From: Octopus sinensis
Lineage: Eukaryota
NCBI RefSeq assembly: GCF_006345805.1
Contig: NC_043010.1
Coordinates: forward strand, 27,156,001-27,220,000
DNA: 64,000 bases
Reading direction: 5' to 3'
Shown here: piece by piece, positions 12,991-26,099 of the stretch
How positions within the stretch are numbered: position 1 is the stretch's first letter
How the letters are laid out: every line of letters starts with the position of its first letter
The notes under the pieces: generated by a model
What the model saw: only the letters and a program-made list of their open reading frames with translations
What the model was told of the DNA's origin: nothing
The model's database searches: none
Program-made: the position numbers and the translations under genes

Positions 12991-13470
12991 TCAGTCAGGA
13001 ATAGACAGAATTTTCCAATTCTTCAGAATATATTTATACATATGCATCCAATACCTGAAAATTTCTGACCTGGAGTTCAATAGAGAGTTAGGAACCTTAA
13101 ATCTGAACAGGATCTGCACTCTTTCAACCAAACTAAGCCTACATTTATTTGATCCGTTAACATAAGGTATGGATTTCTCAATTACTTTCCACGTAGTCAC
13201 ATGCGGTGTTTCAATATCTTTCAAATTCCATACATAGCTAGCAAACTTAGTAGCTTTACTTTTGTCCTTATGTCAGGAGGCTATGTGATTGGCATAACTA
13301 TTTTTAAATTCTCCTTCACATAATCCATTATAAGTTTTCTTATCAGTTGTATTATTACTTAGGGTTGCAATAGCTTCTGCATCATACAGGAGAGATTTAA
13401 CCTTACATCGTTGTTCAAGTGGGCAGGATACTATGTCGCAACAGTTGCAATTGGATTCAGGTTCTTGGTG
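12991..13470 (-). pseudogene. Penelope-like element C-terminal GIY-YIG endonuclease relic
   Basis: CNCCDIVSCPLEQRCKVKSLLYDAE...KKTYNGLCEGEFKNSYANHIAS*...ATKFASYVWNLKD...WKVIEKSIPYVNGSNKCRL...LLNSRSEIF. This is the CNC..CPL / Y.G / NH / C..C pattern of Neptune/Nematis-type PLE endonucleases. Confidence 0.8.
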
Positions 13471-13663
13471 TTGACCCCGCGTAATGATAATAATATTTAT
13501 CTCTCATCAGATGGAGTACTTTTTTTGTTGAATTTTCTATTACGGATCACTATATATATAATTTTAAAAATAGGATAAAATCTTTATAAGAATTTATCAA
13601 GTAATTAGCGTGTAAAACCTCATATGGGAAAATTTATTAATTATTCCCTTTAAATATATTATT

Positions 13664-13795
13664 TATATTAAGGGCATTACTATACATAAATACCTCACGC
13701 TAGGAGGGACTCTTAAAGTCAAAACTACCATTATTATGGTAGCTTTGGCTTTAGAGTCCCCTCCTAGCGTGAGGCATTTATGAATAGTAATGCCC

Positions 13796-13805
<10 letters not shown>
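13664..13805. repeat. Fold-back palindrome with ~68-bp arms
   Basis: ATTAAGGGCATTACTATACATAAATACCTCACGCTAGGAGGGACTC...CTACCAT-TATT-ATGGTAG...GAGTCCCCTCCTAGCGTGAGGCATTTATGAATAGTAATGCCCTTAAT. Confidence 0.9.
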
Positions 13806-13861
<56 letters not shown>

Positions 13862-14050
13862 CATGAATGAAAGAGGAGACAGTCATAAAGGGTTCATCCA
13901 TAATAAATTCCATTCATACATCATATTACACAAGATACTTAAAAGTAATCGCTCACAAGCTTCTGGCTAAATCTATCTACGCCGTTCATTTATTGTCTGT
14001 GCTAAAGCGTCTACGTTTACCCATACACATATATAAAGGAAATTATTATA

Positions 14051-14146
14051 GGCTTACAGCTGTTTCAGATATGTATTTGTGTGTGTTCCTGATTGATCAA
14101 CTGAAAATCTAGATAAGCGTCAATCTAAGATATCTTCTTCAGAGCC
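14051..14146 (-). ncRNA. Type I hammerhead ribozyme motif
   Basis: Minus strand GGCT CTGAAGA AGATAT...ATATCT GAAAC AGCT GTA AGCC. Canonical core, 6-bp stem II, stem I GGCT/AGCC. Confidence 0.75.
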
Positions 14147-14972
14147 TCAACCAAACCAACTGCCAAAGGAATATGTGTGTATATGTGTATGTGTATGTGC
14201 TGCCTATATCTACGTTTATGTATGTCTATCCCTGTATGTCTGTTTATTTCTAGCGTGGTGTCGAGACCCTCTAGGTTGAATTTGTTTTTTTATATATAAG
14301 GGATTGTGTCTCAATGAACAGAGATCGAATCAGTTCGTATCCACTGTACAAGTATTTAGTCTAAGATTAAAAAAAAATATCACGGACACAAACAAAATTA
14401 TAATTATAGCATTATATAGATGGCTACACACACATACACATACATATACACATACACATACATATACACATACACACACACACGCGCACACACACACACA
14501 CACGCACACACATAACAGAGTTTCAACCTGTTAGTTTTTATCTAACAATCTGGCGAAATCAAGCTGCCCGAAACTTCAAAGTCACTCGTAGCAGTATTCT
14601 TGTGAGAGAATAATAAATATAAAATCTACAAAAAGTATTAAGAATAATTCTGCAGTTTAATATAAAATTGTTCTTATCATAAATCAACACAGAAAAATAT
14701 TAATATAATATAATATAATATAATATAATATATATAAATGTGTGTGTGTCTTTTAGTCTGTGTTTGTCCCCCTCCCACCGCTTGACGACGAATGTTGGTG
14801 TGTTTACACATCCGCAACTTAGCGGTTCGGCAGAAGAGACAGATAGAATAAGTACCAGGATTAAAGAAAAAGTACTGTGGTCGATTCATTTGAGTAAATA
14901 TTCTTCAAAACGGTGCCCCAGCGTGGCTGCAGTCTAGAGACTGAAACAAGTAAAAGAATAAAGATGTATATA

Positions 14973-15205
14973 CAGGGTTGGCCAAAAGTCATCCGACAGT
15001 AAACCAAAATTCCATAAATACTATCTGTAGTTCTGTATTGACACGAATGGAAAAACGTGTCACTCAAGAAGGACTTCAGTTTGAACTATTTTCATGATGT
15101 TTCATTTTTAGATGCTTTTATTAAATTCATTCAATTGTTAAACATAAATAAATCTTGGAATTAAATGGTTTTGATTTACTGTCAGGTGACTTTTGGCCAA
15201 CCATG
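14973..15205. mobile_element. Tc1/mariner-type MITE, 233 bp
   Basis: TIRs CAGGGTTGGCCAAAAGTCATCCGACAGTAAA and TTTACTGTCAGGTGACTTTTGGCCAACCATG; TA on both flanks (14971-72, 15206-07). Confidence 0.9.
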
Positions 15206-15630
15206 TATATATATAATCAATACGAGCCAAGTTTTGCTTAGTAAACGGTAATAGCAAATACTGAAAGCAACCACTAAGAATTCATTTGATTTAGCAGTGC
15301 CACCGCTGGTGTCTGCCACCTTTTGCCCGCTGCTGATATTTTTGCGCTTTTTAACAGTATACATCTGTAGGAGATGCTTTCTGAAGACCAGTGTTGCAGT
15401 TTTATGGCATTCATAATGTATATCCACGTTATGTAGGATATATATATATATAGAGAGAGAGAGATAACGAATTTTAAAAAATCTGTTAGCTTGCCTTCTT
15501 CGATTTCAGCACGACGTACATTCATGGTGAATGTATATTGTAATGTGGTGATTGACGATTTAAAGTCTATTCTCAGCATATTGGCATAGAAATCTTTTCT
15601 CTTTTGCCCTTGTTTATAAATTGTATATAT

Positions 15631-15706
<76 letters not shown>

Positions 15707-15742
15707 TATATAATATATATATATATTATATATATATATACA

Positions 15743-17410
15743 TTTTTTTTTCTTGATTCAGCTCAGAGCTGCAGCCATGCTGATGCACCGCCTTTTTGTG
15801 CTACACTGTTATTAGGAAGAACCTCCTCTAATATGTGGCACTTGGTGAAGAATGGAGTTTGATATAGCTACTCTCATTTGCACCTCTTGCCGTGAGGTAG
15901 GTTCATCTGGGACTCTCGACAGGAAGATGTCCAGCTTTGATTTAAAAACCGCTACATTTACTTTGTGCAAGTTCCACAGACTCTTTGGGAGAATATTAAA
16001 AAGCTGCGGGCCCTTGAAACCCAGGCTGTTGCAGAAGCTGGTCCTGAAGCGTGATGGCATTGCTGGATCTTTGGCACTATACAGTGTCATCCCGTTCTAG
16101 CATTGGTGTAGCTTACAATGCCAAAATTTGGCACAATTCCTTCCAGGATCTTCCAGACATATATTACTGCATACCTCTCCCGTCTTCTCTCCAGGGAGTA
16201 GAGTCTTAGCTGTTTCAACCTTTCCCAGTAGCTGAGCTGTTGCAAAGAGACGATCTTCTTTGTGAATCTTCTCTGGATTGCTTCAAGGTCCGCTGTTAAT
16301 TTTACACTGGTGGGTGACCATAGCTGTGAGTAGTAATCCAGGCGGCTGAGGACGAATGTCCGCCAGAGGACCATCATGGTTTCCTTATCTCTCGTTTTGA
16401 ATGTTCTTAGGATCCATCCAGCCAGTCGGCTGCACTTTGTCGCCATCCTGGTAATGTGCACTTGGAAAGAGGTATCCTCACTCATGTCGATACCCAGGTC
16501 CCTCACAGACTTAGGCTCTGGGATTGAAATTCCCTGTGGACCGGTGTATCCTGTAAGTTTAATATTCAGTTTTGGATGCAGGTAGCGCAGGGCCTGGAAT
16601 TTTTCAGCATTAAATTGCATATTATTATCCTCAGCCCATCTGTAGATTGAGTCCAACTCCTGCTGCAGGTGTGCAACATCGCTGGGGTTTTGTATTTTCT
16701 GCGAGACTTTCGTATCGTCTGCATAGCTTGCCAGAGTGGCTATCCGGGCATTTGAAGGCATATCTGAGAGGGCCACTATAAAAAGCAGTGGTCCCAAGAC
16801 AGTGCCCTGTGGAACACCACTCACTATTTGTGTGTTCATAGAGGTGGCTCCATTAACCACTACTGCCTGACTCCTATCTTTCAGGAAGTCATGCAACCAC
16901 ATTCCAAGTTTTCCAGCTATGCCGAGGTCACGTAGTTTGTGGCATATCATACCATGATCCACCTTGTCAAAAGCTTTTGCAAAATCAAGGTAGATTACGT
17001 CCACATTTGATTTGTTGAGTAACTGCCTCAACACCCAGTCATAATGCTGTAAGAGCTGGGTCAGGCAGCTCCTACCTGGTCGAAAACCATGCTGGGTATT
17101 ACTCAGCAAGTTATTTTCCTCAAGGAATGCGATTAGTTTCTTTCTGGCTATCCGTTCCATGACTTTGCTGATGTGTGAAGTCAGAAAGATAGGCCTATAG
17201 TTTTTGGCATCTGATCTACTTCCCCTTTATGTATTGGGCATATTATTCCCTCCTTCAGCTTGCTTGGCAGTTTGCCATTCGCAAGAAAGCTCTGGAAGAG
17301 AATCTTGAGGGGTTTTGCCAGGGCATGCTTACACGCTTTGAGGAGGATGGCTGGGAAACTGTCTGGACCAGCAGCTGAGTTGTGTCCACTTCATCTATGG
17401 CTTGTTGATA
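15743..17410 (-). mobile_element. 5'-truncated CR1-group LINE, copy 1
   Basis: RT ORF 16087-17160 plus a frameshifted C-terminus (GPQLFNILP...VPDEP) to 15812 and a tail GGCGGTGCATCAGCATGGCTGCAGCTCTGAGCTGAATCAAGAAAAAAAA. The 5' break at ~17410 lies next to (TA)n. Confidence 0.92.
16087..17160 (-). CDS. Non-LTR retrotransposon reverse transcriptase domain (CR1/L2/Jockey group), partial
   Basis: QHGFRPGRSCLTQLL, YLDFAKAFDKVDH, SGVPQGTVLGPLLF, YADDTK and DLG motifs. Confidence 0.93.
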   Translation of the reverse strand: MERIARKKLIAFLEENNLLSNTQHGFRPGRSCLTQLLQHYDWVLRQLLNKSNVDVIYLDFAKAFDKVDHGMICHKLRDLGIAGKLGMWLHDFLKDRSQAVVVNGATSMNTQIVSGVPQGTVLGPLLFIVALSDMPSNARIATLASYADDTKVSQKIQNPSDVAHLQQELDSIYRWAEDNNMQFNAEKFQALRYLHPKLNIKLTGYTGPQGISIPEPKSVRDLGIDMSEDTSFQVHITRMATKCSRLAGWILRTFKTRDKETMMVLWRTFVLSRLDYYSQLWSPTSVKLTADLEAIQRRFTKKIVSLQQLSYWERLKQLRLYSLERRRERYAVIYVWKILEGIVPNFGIVSYTNARTG

Positions 17411-17411
17411 C

Positions 17412-17445
<34 letters not shown>

Positions 17446-17471
17446 TATATATATATATATATATTATATAT

Positions 17472-17521
<50 letters not shown>

Positions 17522-17758
17522 TATAATATATACATATATACATATATATATATATATACATATATATAATATATACATATTATATACATATATATATACA
17601 TATATATACACATATATACATATATATACATATATACATATATACATATATATTATACATATATATATACATATATATACACACATATATATACACACAT
17701 ATATATATATACACATATATATATATACACATATATATATATATACATATATATATAT

Positions 17759-17813
<55 letters not shown>

Positions 17814-17908
17814 CACATATATATATATACATATATTATATGTGGTGGTGCTATTAAGTTAGACATGGCCCGGGCCAATAATGGCCGAAACCTATCAAAG
17901 TATCAAAG

Positions 17909-17940
<32 letters not shown>

Positions 17941-17948
17941 ATATATAG

Positions 17949-17979
<31 letters not shown>

Positions 17980-18303
17980 ATACATATATATATATACATA
18001 TATATATATATACATATATATAACATATATATACATATACATATACATATATACACATATGTATATATACATATATATATACATATATATACACATATAT
18101 ATACATATATATATATATACGTATATATACACACATATATATATATATACTATATATATATATATACATATATATATATACACATATATATATACACATA
18201 TATATATGCATATATATATACATATATTATACATATATATATACATATATATATACATATATATATTTAAATATATTTATATTTATATACGGATGTATGT
18301 ATG

Positions 18304-18337
<34 letters not shown>

Positions 18338-18420
18338 TGTATGTATGTATGTATGTATGTATCTATCTATCTATCTATCTATCTATCTCTCTCTCTCTAT
18401 ATATATATACACACACACAC
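17410..18420. repeat. About 1 kb of compound (TA)n/(TACA)n/(TATG)n microsatellite enclosing an orphan LINE 3' tail at ~17845-17910
   Basis: Visible repeats. The embedded GTGGTGCTATTAAGTTAGACATGGCCCGGGCCAATAATGGCCGAAAC matches the tail at 43970-44018. Confidence 0.9.
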
Positions 18421-18816
18421 ACACCAATCCCCCTCTCGCTAACACGCACATACACGCAGACATATATATCTGTGTGTGTGTATGTTTTAGTGTGATATAA
18501 ATCTTTCCTAGAAATATCTTTGTTGCCAAAAACTGTCTCGGTTTATTCATAAAAGTTTTGTGTCATCACGGAATGATGGAATTCGATAAAGCGTTACACG
18601 GCTACATGACAATAAATCGTTTCAAGACTGCAAACTAGACAGCAGGCTTCAGTATAAACTCCCCCACCCCTGACCACCACCGCTACCGTCACCTCTATTC
18701 TAAATATGGAATGTTAAAAATACTTTGTGAGAAGACGAACGTATATCTTAACCTGTACACCAGACTGAGAACGAAAATAGAGTAGGCAAACAACACTATA
18801 AATTGCCGACTTTAAA

Positions 18817-18860
<44 letters not shown>

Positions 18861-19068
18861 CGAAAGAAAGGTATTAAAGAAGGAAGGAAGGATGATAAGA
18901 AGATCGGAGTCTTTCTTTGCGTAACCAACCAATCAATATCCAACAATACGTTTGAAATAGTAGTATTTCGTATCAACATTTTGGAATGGTTCATCCGAAA
19001 CGTGAAGAAACCCGATCCATTATGACAAAAACTGAAAGAAAATTTACGATATTCACCAGCGAACTTAG

Positions 19069-19118
<50 letters not shown>

Positions 19119-19479
19119 TCTCTCAGTCTCTCTGTTTATTTTCTCTTATTGCTTTCTGTTGAAGGCTCGAAACGTAAAAGACTTTATGCAAAATAAATAT
19201 ATGGTTAAAAATGTTGGAGGCTGCCTTCGACAATTTCAGTTCCAAAATAATTTATTTCAACTTCTCTCAAAAATATATAAATTCTCATGACGTCAACAAA
19301 ATAAAGCCATAAAAACGTTCCTAAGCGAGAGGCTTGAAAATTGTAAAGAGTCCCCTTTTTACATGAAACCATTGGTAGCCGTGTTAATCTTCAAATAAAA
19401 AATATTCATCCACCAATGCGGTATTGACCATTCATTCTCACGGCTCGATATAAGCGAATATATATATATATATGTATGT

Positions 19480-19858
19480 ATCGTGGTACTCCGTCGGTTA
19501 CGACGACGAGGGTTCCAGTTGATCTAATCAACGGAACAGCCTGCTCGTGAAATTAGCGTACAAGTGGTTGAGCACTCCACTGACACGTGTAACCTCAGCA
19601 TAGTTCTCTGGGAGATTCAGCGTGACACAGAGAGTGACAAGGATGTCCCGTTTGAAATACAGGTACAACAGAAACAGAAAGAAAGAGTGAGAGAAATAGT
19701 ACAGCAGGGTTTGCCACCCACCCCTGCTGGAGCCTCGTGGAATTTTAGGTGTTATCGCTCAATAAACATTCACAACGCCCGGACTGGGAATCGAAACTGC
19801 GATCCCACGACCGCGAGTTCGCTGCCCTAACCACTGGTCCACGGGCCATTGTGCCTCC
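19480..19858 (-). mobile_element. SINE family C with another distinct 3' module
   Basis: Family C head and body, then an unrelated ~190-bp tail ending CGTAACCGACGGAGTACCACGAT on the minus strand. Confidence 0.75.
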
Positions 19859-19899
19859 ACACACACACATATATATATAACAAAGATATTTAAAATAAT

Positions 19900-20290
19900 C
19901 CTTTCTACAATAGCCATAAAGCCTGAAATTTGGGGGAGGGGGATTACTTCGATCCTAGTACTCAACTGGTACTCAAGTTTATCGACCTCGAAAGGATGAA
20001 AGGCAAAGTCGACCTCAGTGGAATTTGAACTCAGAACATAGCGACGGGCGAAATACCTATATATTTACTACACACAAGGGGCTAAACACAGAGAGGACAA
20101 ACAAGGACAGACAAACGGATTAAGCCGATTATATCGACCCCAGTGCGTAACTGGTACTTATTTAATGGATCCCGAAAGGATGAAAGGTAAAGTCGACCTC
20201 GACGGAATTTGAACTCAGAACGTAACGGCATACGAAATACCGCTAAGCATTCTGCCTGGCGCGCTAACGATTCTGCCAGCTCGCCGCCTT
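19900..20290 (-). mobile_element. SINE family B head-to-tail dimer
   Basis: One complete head plus two core units joined at GAAATAC|CTATATATTTACTACAC. Confidence 0.85.
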
Positions 20291-21699
20291 AAAGCTATTT
20301 GAAATAATACAATGAACTAGAAATTGCTGAAACACTTTTCTTATATGTAAACATTTAGTCTATATTAGTTATGTTAAGCTGTTTCCTAAAACGTAATAAT
20401 ATGGTTAGAAATAATTCATTATTATTTGGAATCACAACACGGTTTAACTTTGTAATACATATGTCAACATGGATGAATTGCCGTAGATTTTCTTCACTCA
20501 TACGCTACAATTCTTGTTTTAATGTTCGATAAACAATTCATTATTAGCGTCGTAGTCTTGCAACTTTTAAAACTATCTGAGCCTCGATTTTACTTTAAAT
20601 ATGTAGTGAATTGGTGGTAATAGTAGTCTGACTGTGGCAGTGAGATCCTTTTCTGTGCTACGTCGCCATGTAAAGATGAAAATCAATCTCGTGGTAACGA
20701 TAGTTATTGGAGAAGTGTCAATGAACTGATGGATGCTTCGATTTACTGTCTAAACTTTTGAATCACCATAATGACTAATACTCGGGAGTTCAGGCAATAT
20801 TTACAAAACTATTTTGAAAATAAGATTGGTACCTTCGTTTAATAGCACAACATTGCTTATGTGTCTAATATAGAAATATTTTAAGTAATAATTCCATGAG
20901 AAATTTGCGAATAAGTTTGACAATTTCGGAAGCGGTCATCCCTGATCAGAGAAATAAAGGTGCTATACACCATCCCACACGGAAAAAGGAGAAGAAAAAG
21001 TAACAACTTAGAATGTGATTGAACGCGTAACCATGTGACAGAGAAGCAAGCTTCTTGCCACACGGCCTCGCCTGTTTCCTAGTATCCAGGACGACTCTTA
21101 ATCTGTATGCAATTACGATGCTACCACTCATTTATGAGATGGCTACTGACATAGAGAAAGCCTTGTCCTTCCATCTAACTCTATGAATCAACATCCAGCA
21201 GTTCAGATATTCGTATACCTGAATGAAATACCGAAGCCCAAACATAATATGGATTAATGGCGAATTTGTGTTTCGTGTTACGTTAAAAATAATAGAAAGG
21301 CGAGGCAGTTTTTCAAGTTCTTGAATGTTTACAGTATTCTTTAAAGAAACACAGTGTATTCTTCTCTGGAATATTACTGCCGTTATCTACCCTTCATGCC
21401 TGAGCTACGGTTGACCGTTGAAAAGAAAATTTTCCTCATTATTTCCAGGGAAGAGACTTCCGAAGCGTGTACAGTTCCCTAAGTATTACATAGCCATGAT
21501 GTATTCAAAACTGTGTTCAACTGAACGATGACTTAAAACTGTCCATTGCGTGTTATCAATAAAATTTAAGTATGTCCTCCCAGCTCATGGTAGTTTCTAA
21601 TGTGATATCAAAACAAGAAAAAGAGAAATTAAACTTTTGACCAATTGTTTTTGGCCAACGGAACCACACGATGTCGACTAATCCAATGTATGTTAATAT

Positions 21700-22150
21700 A
21701 TTTATACTGGTAGCATGTAACCCAGTACAACCTGTCGCATGGTCAAGTTGTCGGTGACTAAATTGGCAACCCCATCAAACTTGCTTGGTGAGGAGGGTGA
21801 TTGTTGGACACCCTGTGGGACAAAACATAAGGCCCGTCAAAGGGCAGAAGAACTACTGTGTAGTCAACGGCCAAATCAACAAGTACCTTGTCGCGGTGAC
21901 GTCCCTGTGTGTTCCATTGACCCGGAGAGCTATGCTGGAGGGAGAGAAACCTTCAGGCAGGTTTTACCAGGCCAGACAGGTCGAAGGGTAGGAGACAGAA
22001 AAATCAAAGCATCGGCAGCAGGGCGTGGATTTAGTTATCGGCATGGGACCTAACAGATCAGATTCCTGGCTTTGAACTAGCAGGATGTCATGCAGAGGAT
22101 CTTGAATGCAAGACAATGGATGAGACCCTAATATTCCTAGTTAGATGGAA
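21700..22150 (+). mobile_element. Possible 5' UTR fragment of an RTE-type LINE
   Basis: A GC-richer island (GGCAACCCC...GCCAGACAGGTCGAAGGGTAGGAGACAG...GCATGGGACCTAAC) reminiscent of RTE 5' regions; no coding support. Confidence 0.3.
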
Positions 22151-22334
22151 ACTACGGGACCACATGGTTACGCGTTCAATACCACTGTGACTCCTATAGT
22201 ATGTGCAACCGAAACCTCTGAAAAGGGGTGTCCTATGGGACGACCAAGATGAGATAATATATTTCAATGTGCTTAATATATATTTATATAATTGTTATCT
22301 AATTATTTAATAACTTATATATATTTTTGTTTGC

Positions 22335-23036
22335 ACAGGTTCCGGGAGGGATACCAGGTGACTTGCTTCCCAACCACATGGTTCTCTGTTCTTGGTTCAG
22401 TCCCACTGCGTGATACCTTGGGCAAGTATCTTCAACTATAGCCTTCGGCCGACCAAAGCCTTGTATGTCGATTTGGTAGACGGAAATTGAAGGAAGCCTG
22501 TCGTATATGTATATATGTGTGTGTGTTTGTGTCTATATTTGTCCCCCACCACCGCTTGAAACCGGTGTTGGTGTGTTTACGTCCCCGTAACTTAGCAGTT
22601 AGGCATAAGAGACCGATAGAAAGAGTACCAGAAAAATATGTTCTGTGGTAGATTAATTTTTAAAAAGAATTCTTGAAGATGGTGCCCCAGCATAGTCGCA
22701 GTCTACTAACTGAAACAAGTAAAAGACACACACACACACACACACACATCATGTATATATTACCGCAGTCGCAAGACTGAAACATATAAAAGAACTATAT
22801 TCTCTTTACTCTTTACTCTTTTACTTGTTTCAGTCATTTGACTGCGGCCATGCTGGAGCACCACCTTTAGTCGAGCAAATCGACCCCGGGACTTATTCTT
22901 TGTAAGCCCAGTACTTATTCTATCGGTCTCTTTTGCCGAACTGCTGAGTGACGGGGACGTAAACACACCAGCATCGGTTGTCAAGCAATGCTAGGGGGAC
23001 AAACACAGACACACAAACACACACACACACACACAC

Positions 23037-23072
<36 letters not shown>

Positions 23073-23390
23073 CATATATACGACAGGCTTCTTTCAGTTT
23101 CTGTCTACCAAATCCACTCACAAGGCATTGGTCGACCCGGGGCTATATTAGAAGACACTTGCCCAAGATGCCACGCAGTGGGACTGAACCCGGAACCACG
23201 TGGTTGGTTAGCAAGCTACATACCACACAGCCACTCCTGTATATATATATATATATATATATATTCTTTTATTCTTTTATTTGTTTCAGTCATTTGACTG
23301 CTGCCATGCTGGAGCATCGCCTTTAGTCGAACCTTGGACAAGTGACTTCTAGGATAGCCAGCCTCGGGCCGAAAAAAGCATTGTGAGTGG
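22335..23390. mobile_element. Cluster of SINE family A copies (+ 22335-22725; near-full-length - 22805-23240; partial - 23265-23390)
   Basis: Family A head, central domain and CAGTCAAATGACTGAAACAAG tail in both orientations. Confidence 0.85.
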
Positions 23391-23468
23391 AAACTGATCA
23401 TCTCACACACACACACAACACACACACACACACATTATATATATATATATAATATATATATATATAAT

Positions 23469-23531
<63 letters not shown>

Positions 23532-24088
23532 ACGAGCAAAACGTCCCCGTTCAATGGAGGGTGCTGAGATGTCAAACATTTAAACCAAATTTTCTCCAAA
23601 CAACTTGTCTGACCGTCCCATAGGCCTCCTCTTTGAAAAATAATGATTTAACCTAAATTTGAGACACCAGAAAAAGAAGAAATAAAGATAAACTTTTTTC
23701 TATTCCAAAGAAAAGCGATTTCATTCACACAAATATGCAACCGAAGAGTTTAAAGTATCAGTAATGATAAGGCTGTTGACTGGGAGAACACAAAAATGGT
23801 TTAAACAGCAAGCTTGGCAGGAAGGAAACGTGCCTTTAAGCAGTACAGAAACAACAAAAAAAGGAAGGTGCAGTTATGTACAGGTTGACGGAAGAAAAGC
23901 AGGACAAAAACGGCTTTATCGATCGCATTTTCACCTGGAATCGATTTTTGTAATTTTTCAAGACTTAAACACGCCTTCATACCGTCGGTATCTACATATC
24001 AAATTTGAGCGCAATCTGATGAAGGATACCCGAGATCCTAGAAGACACACACACAGACAGACAGAACGGATTTTATAATAATAGATAT
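23532..24088 (+). mobile_element. Second Helentron-like non-autonomous element (tentative)
   Basis: CATATCAAATTTGAGCGCAATCTGATGAAGG...(CA)n(GACA)n...TTTTATAATAATAGAT ending, typical of DINE/HINE-like repeats. Confidence 0.45.
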
Positions 24089-24094
24089 CTATGC

Positions 24095-24910
24095 GTGTGT
24101 GTGTGTTTGTGTTTGCCCCCTCTCACCGCTTGACAACCGGTGTTGGTGTGTTTATGTCTCCGAACTTAGTGGTTCAAGAAAACAGACCGATAGAATAAGT
24201 ACTGGGCTTAAAAAACTTTAATGGGTCGATTTACTCGACTAAAACCTTCCAAGGCGCTACTCCAGCATGGCTGCAGTCAAATGACCGAAACAAGTAAAAG
24301 AATGAAATAAAGGGATATATGCATGTGTGCATATGTGTATGTGTGTGTGTGTGTGTGTGTGTATGTCTATATTGGTGTTTGTCCTTCACCACCGCTTGAC
24401 AGCCGGCGTTGGTTTGTATACGTTCCCGTAACTTACCGGTTCGGCATAAGAGACCACTTAACGTAACCTAGAAGTTCGGCATAAAACACCCACACCCACA
24501 AAACTACCGGCGTCGAAGTGAAATTTTTCACAAGATCAGCCATTTTGGGAAAGGAGCCGAGAAGATTACATCCGCCCTAGCGATCAACTGGTACTTATTT
24601 TATCGACCCCCCAAAGGATGAAAGATAAAGTTGACCTCGGCGGAATTTGAACACAGAACGTAGCGACGGGCGAAATACATATTTCTTTATTAACCACAAG
24701 GGGCTAAACATAGAGGGGACAAACAAGGACAGACATAGGTATTAAGTCGATTACATCGACACCAGTGCGTAACTAGTACTTAATTTATCGACCCCGAAAG
24801 GATGAAACGCAAAGTCGACCTCGGCGGAGTTTGAACTCACAACGTAACGGCAGACGAAATACCGCTAAGCATTTTGTCCAACGCACTAACGATTCTTCCA
24901 GCTGGCTATC

Positions 24911-24954
<44 letters not shown>

Positions 24955-25191
24955 TTATTTCCTTACTACCCACAGGAGGTGGGGCTAAACATAGCGGGGA
25001 CAAACAAGGACAGACAAAAGGATTAAGTCGATGTAATCGACCCCAGTGCGTAACTGGTATTAATTTTATTGACCTCGAAAGGAAGAAAAGCAAAGTTGAC
25101 CTTGGCGGAATTTAAACCCAGAACGCAACGGCAGATGAAATACTGATAAGCATTTCGCCCAGCGTGCTAGCGTTTCTGCCAGCTCGCCACC

Positions 25192-25226
<35 letters not shown>

Positions 25227-25670
25227 CATCATCATCATCACCTTTGCTATAATAGGCAAAAGGCCTGAAATGTTGGGGAGTGGGGTAGTCGATTAAATCG
25301 ACCCCAGCGTTTCACTGATACTTAATCTATCGACCCCGAAAGGATGAAAAGCAAATTCGACCTCGGCGGAATTTGAACTCAGAACGCAAAAAAAAAAAAA
25401 AAAAAACCCAGAAGACATGCCACTAAGTGTTTTCTCTGATATGCTAATGAGCTTGCTTAGTTTGCCTTCTTAATTGTTAGAAGTCAGCAACTTGAAGGCA
25501 GATAGTTAGTTGATATCATCTACCCTATTATTTTATTTAATCGATCACGAAAAGATGAAAGACAAAGCTGACCTCGGCGGGATTTGAACGCAGAAAGCAA
25601 AGATCTAAAACAAATATTGCAAAGCAATTTTTACCGACGCTATAATAATTCTGCCTGCTTATCGTTTTGT
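24095..25670. mobile_element. Dense SINE cluster: family A 3' parts (+) and about five family B units (-) separated by (TAA)n
   Basis: Repeated ATCGACCCCGAAAGGATGAAA.GCAAAGTCGACCTCGGCGGAATTTGAAC units. Confidence 0.85.
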
Positions 25671-26000
25671 ATAAATGTAATGGATAATCCTGGAATGCAC
25701 GATATCTTGAAACAAACAAAATAAAATAGAAATAAAAAATAGAAAACAGGAAACATCAACATTAAACGAAGGATATGTCAATAAAGTTAGTGGGGAATAT
25801 TGCTCAGCAGAGAACGATGTAACAGAGAGAAAGAAAGAAAAAAACTATACCTTAATAAAACAAATTTGTTTTTCGGCGTTTGTCCCAGTTGGTATTGGAT
25901 AAAACGACAGCAGAGAAAGAAAATAACTAAACGAATACTCGTTGTATCATTTCACACACTGAGGATGTTGTTGTTATTATTATTATTATTATTACACATC

Positions 26001-26099
<99 letters not shown>

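Noticed and set aside
17845-17910. GGCCAATAATGGCCGAAAC as a hammerhead
   Set aside because: There is no CUGANGA core, and the same sequence follows the CR1-like ORF end at 43970-44018, so it is a LINE 3' stem-loop tail.
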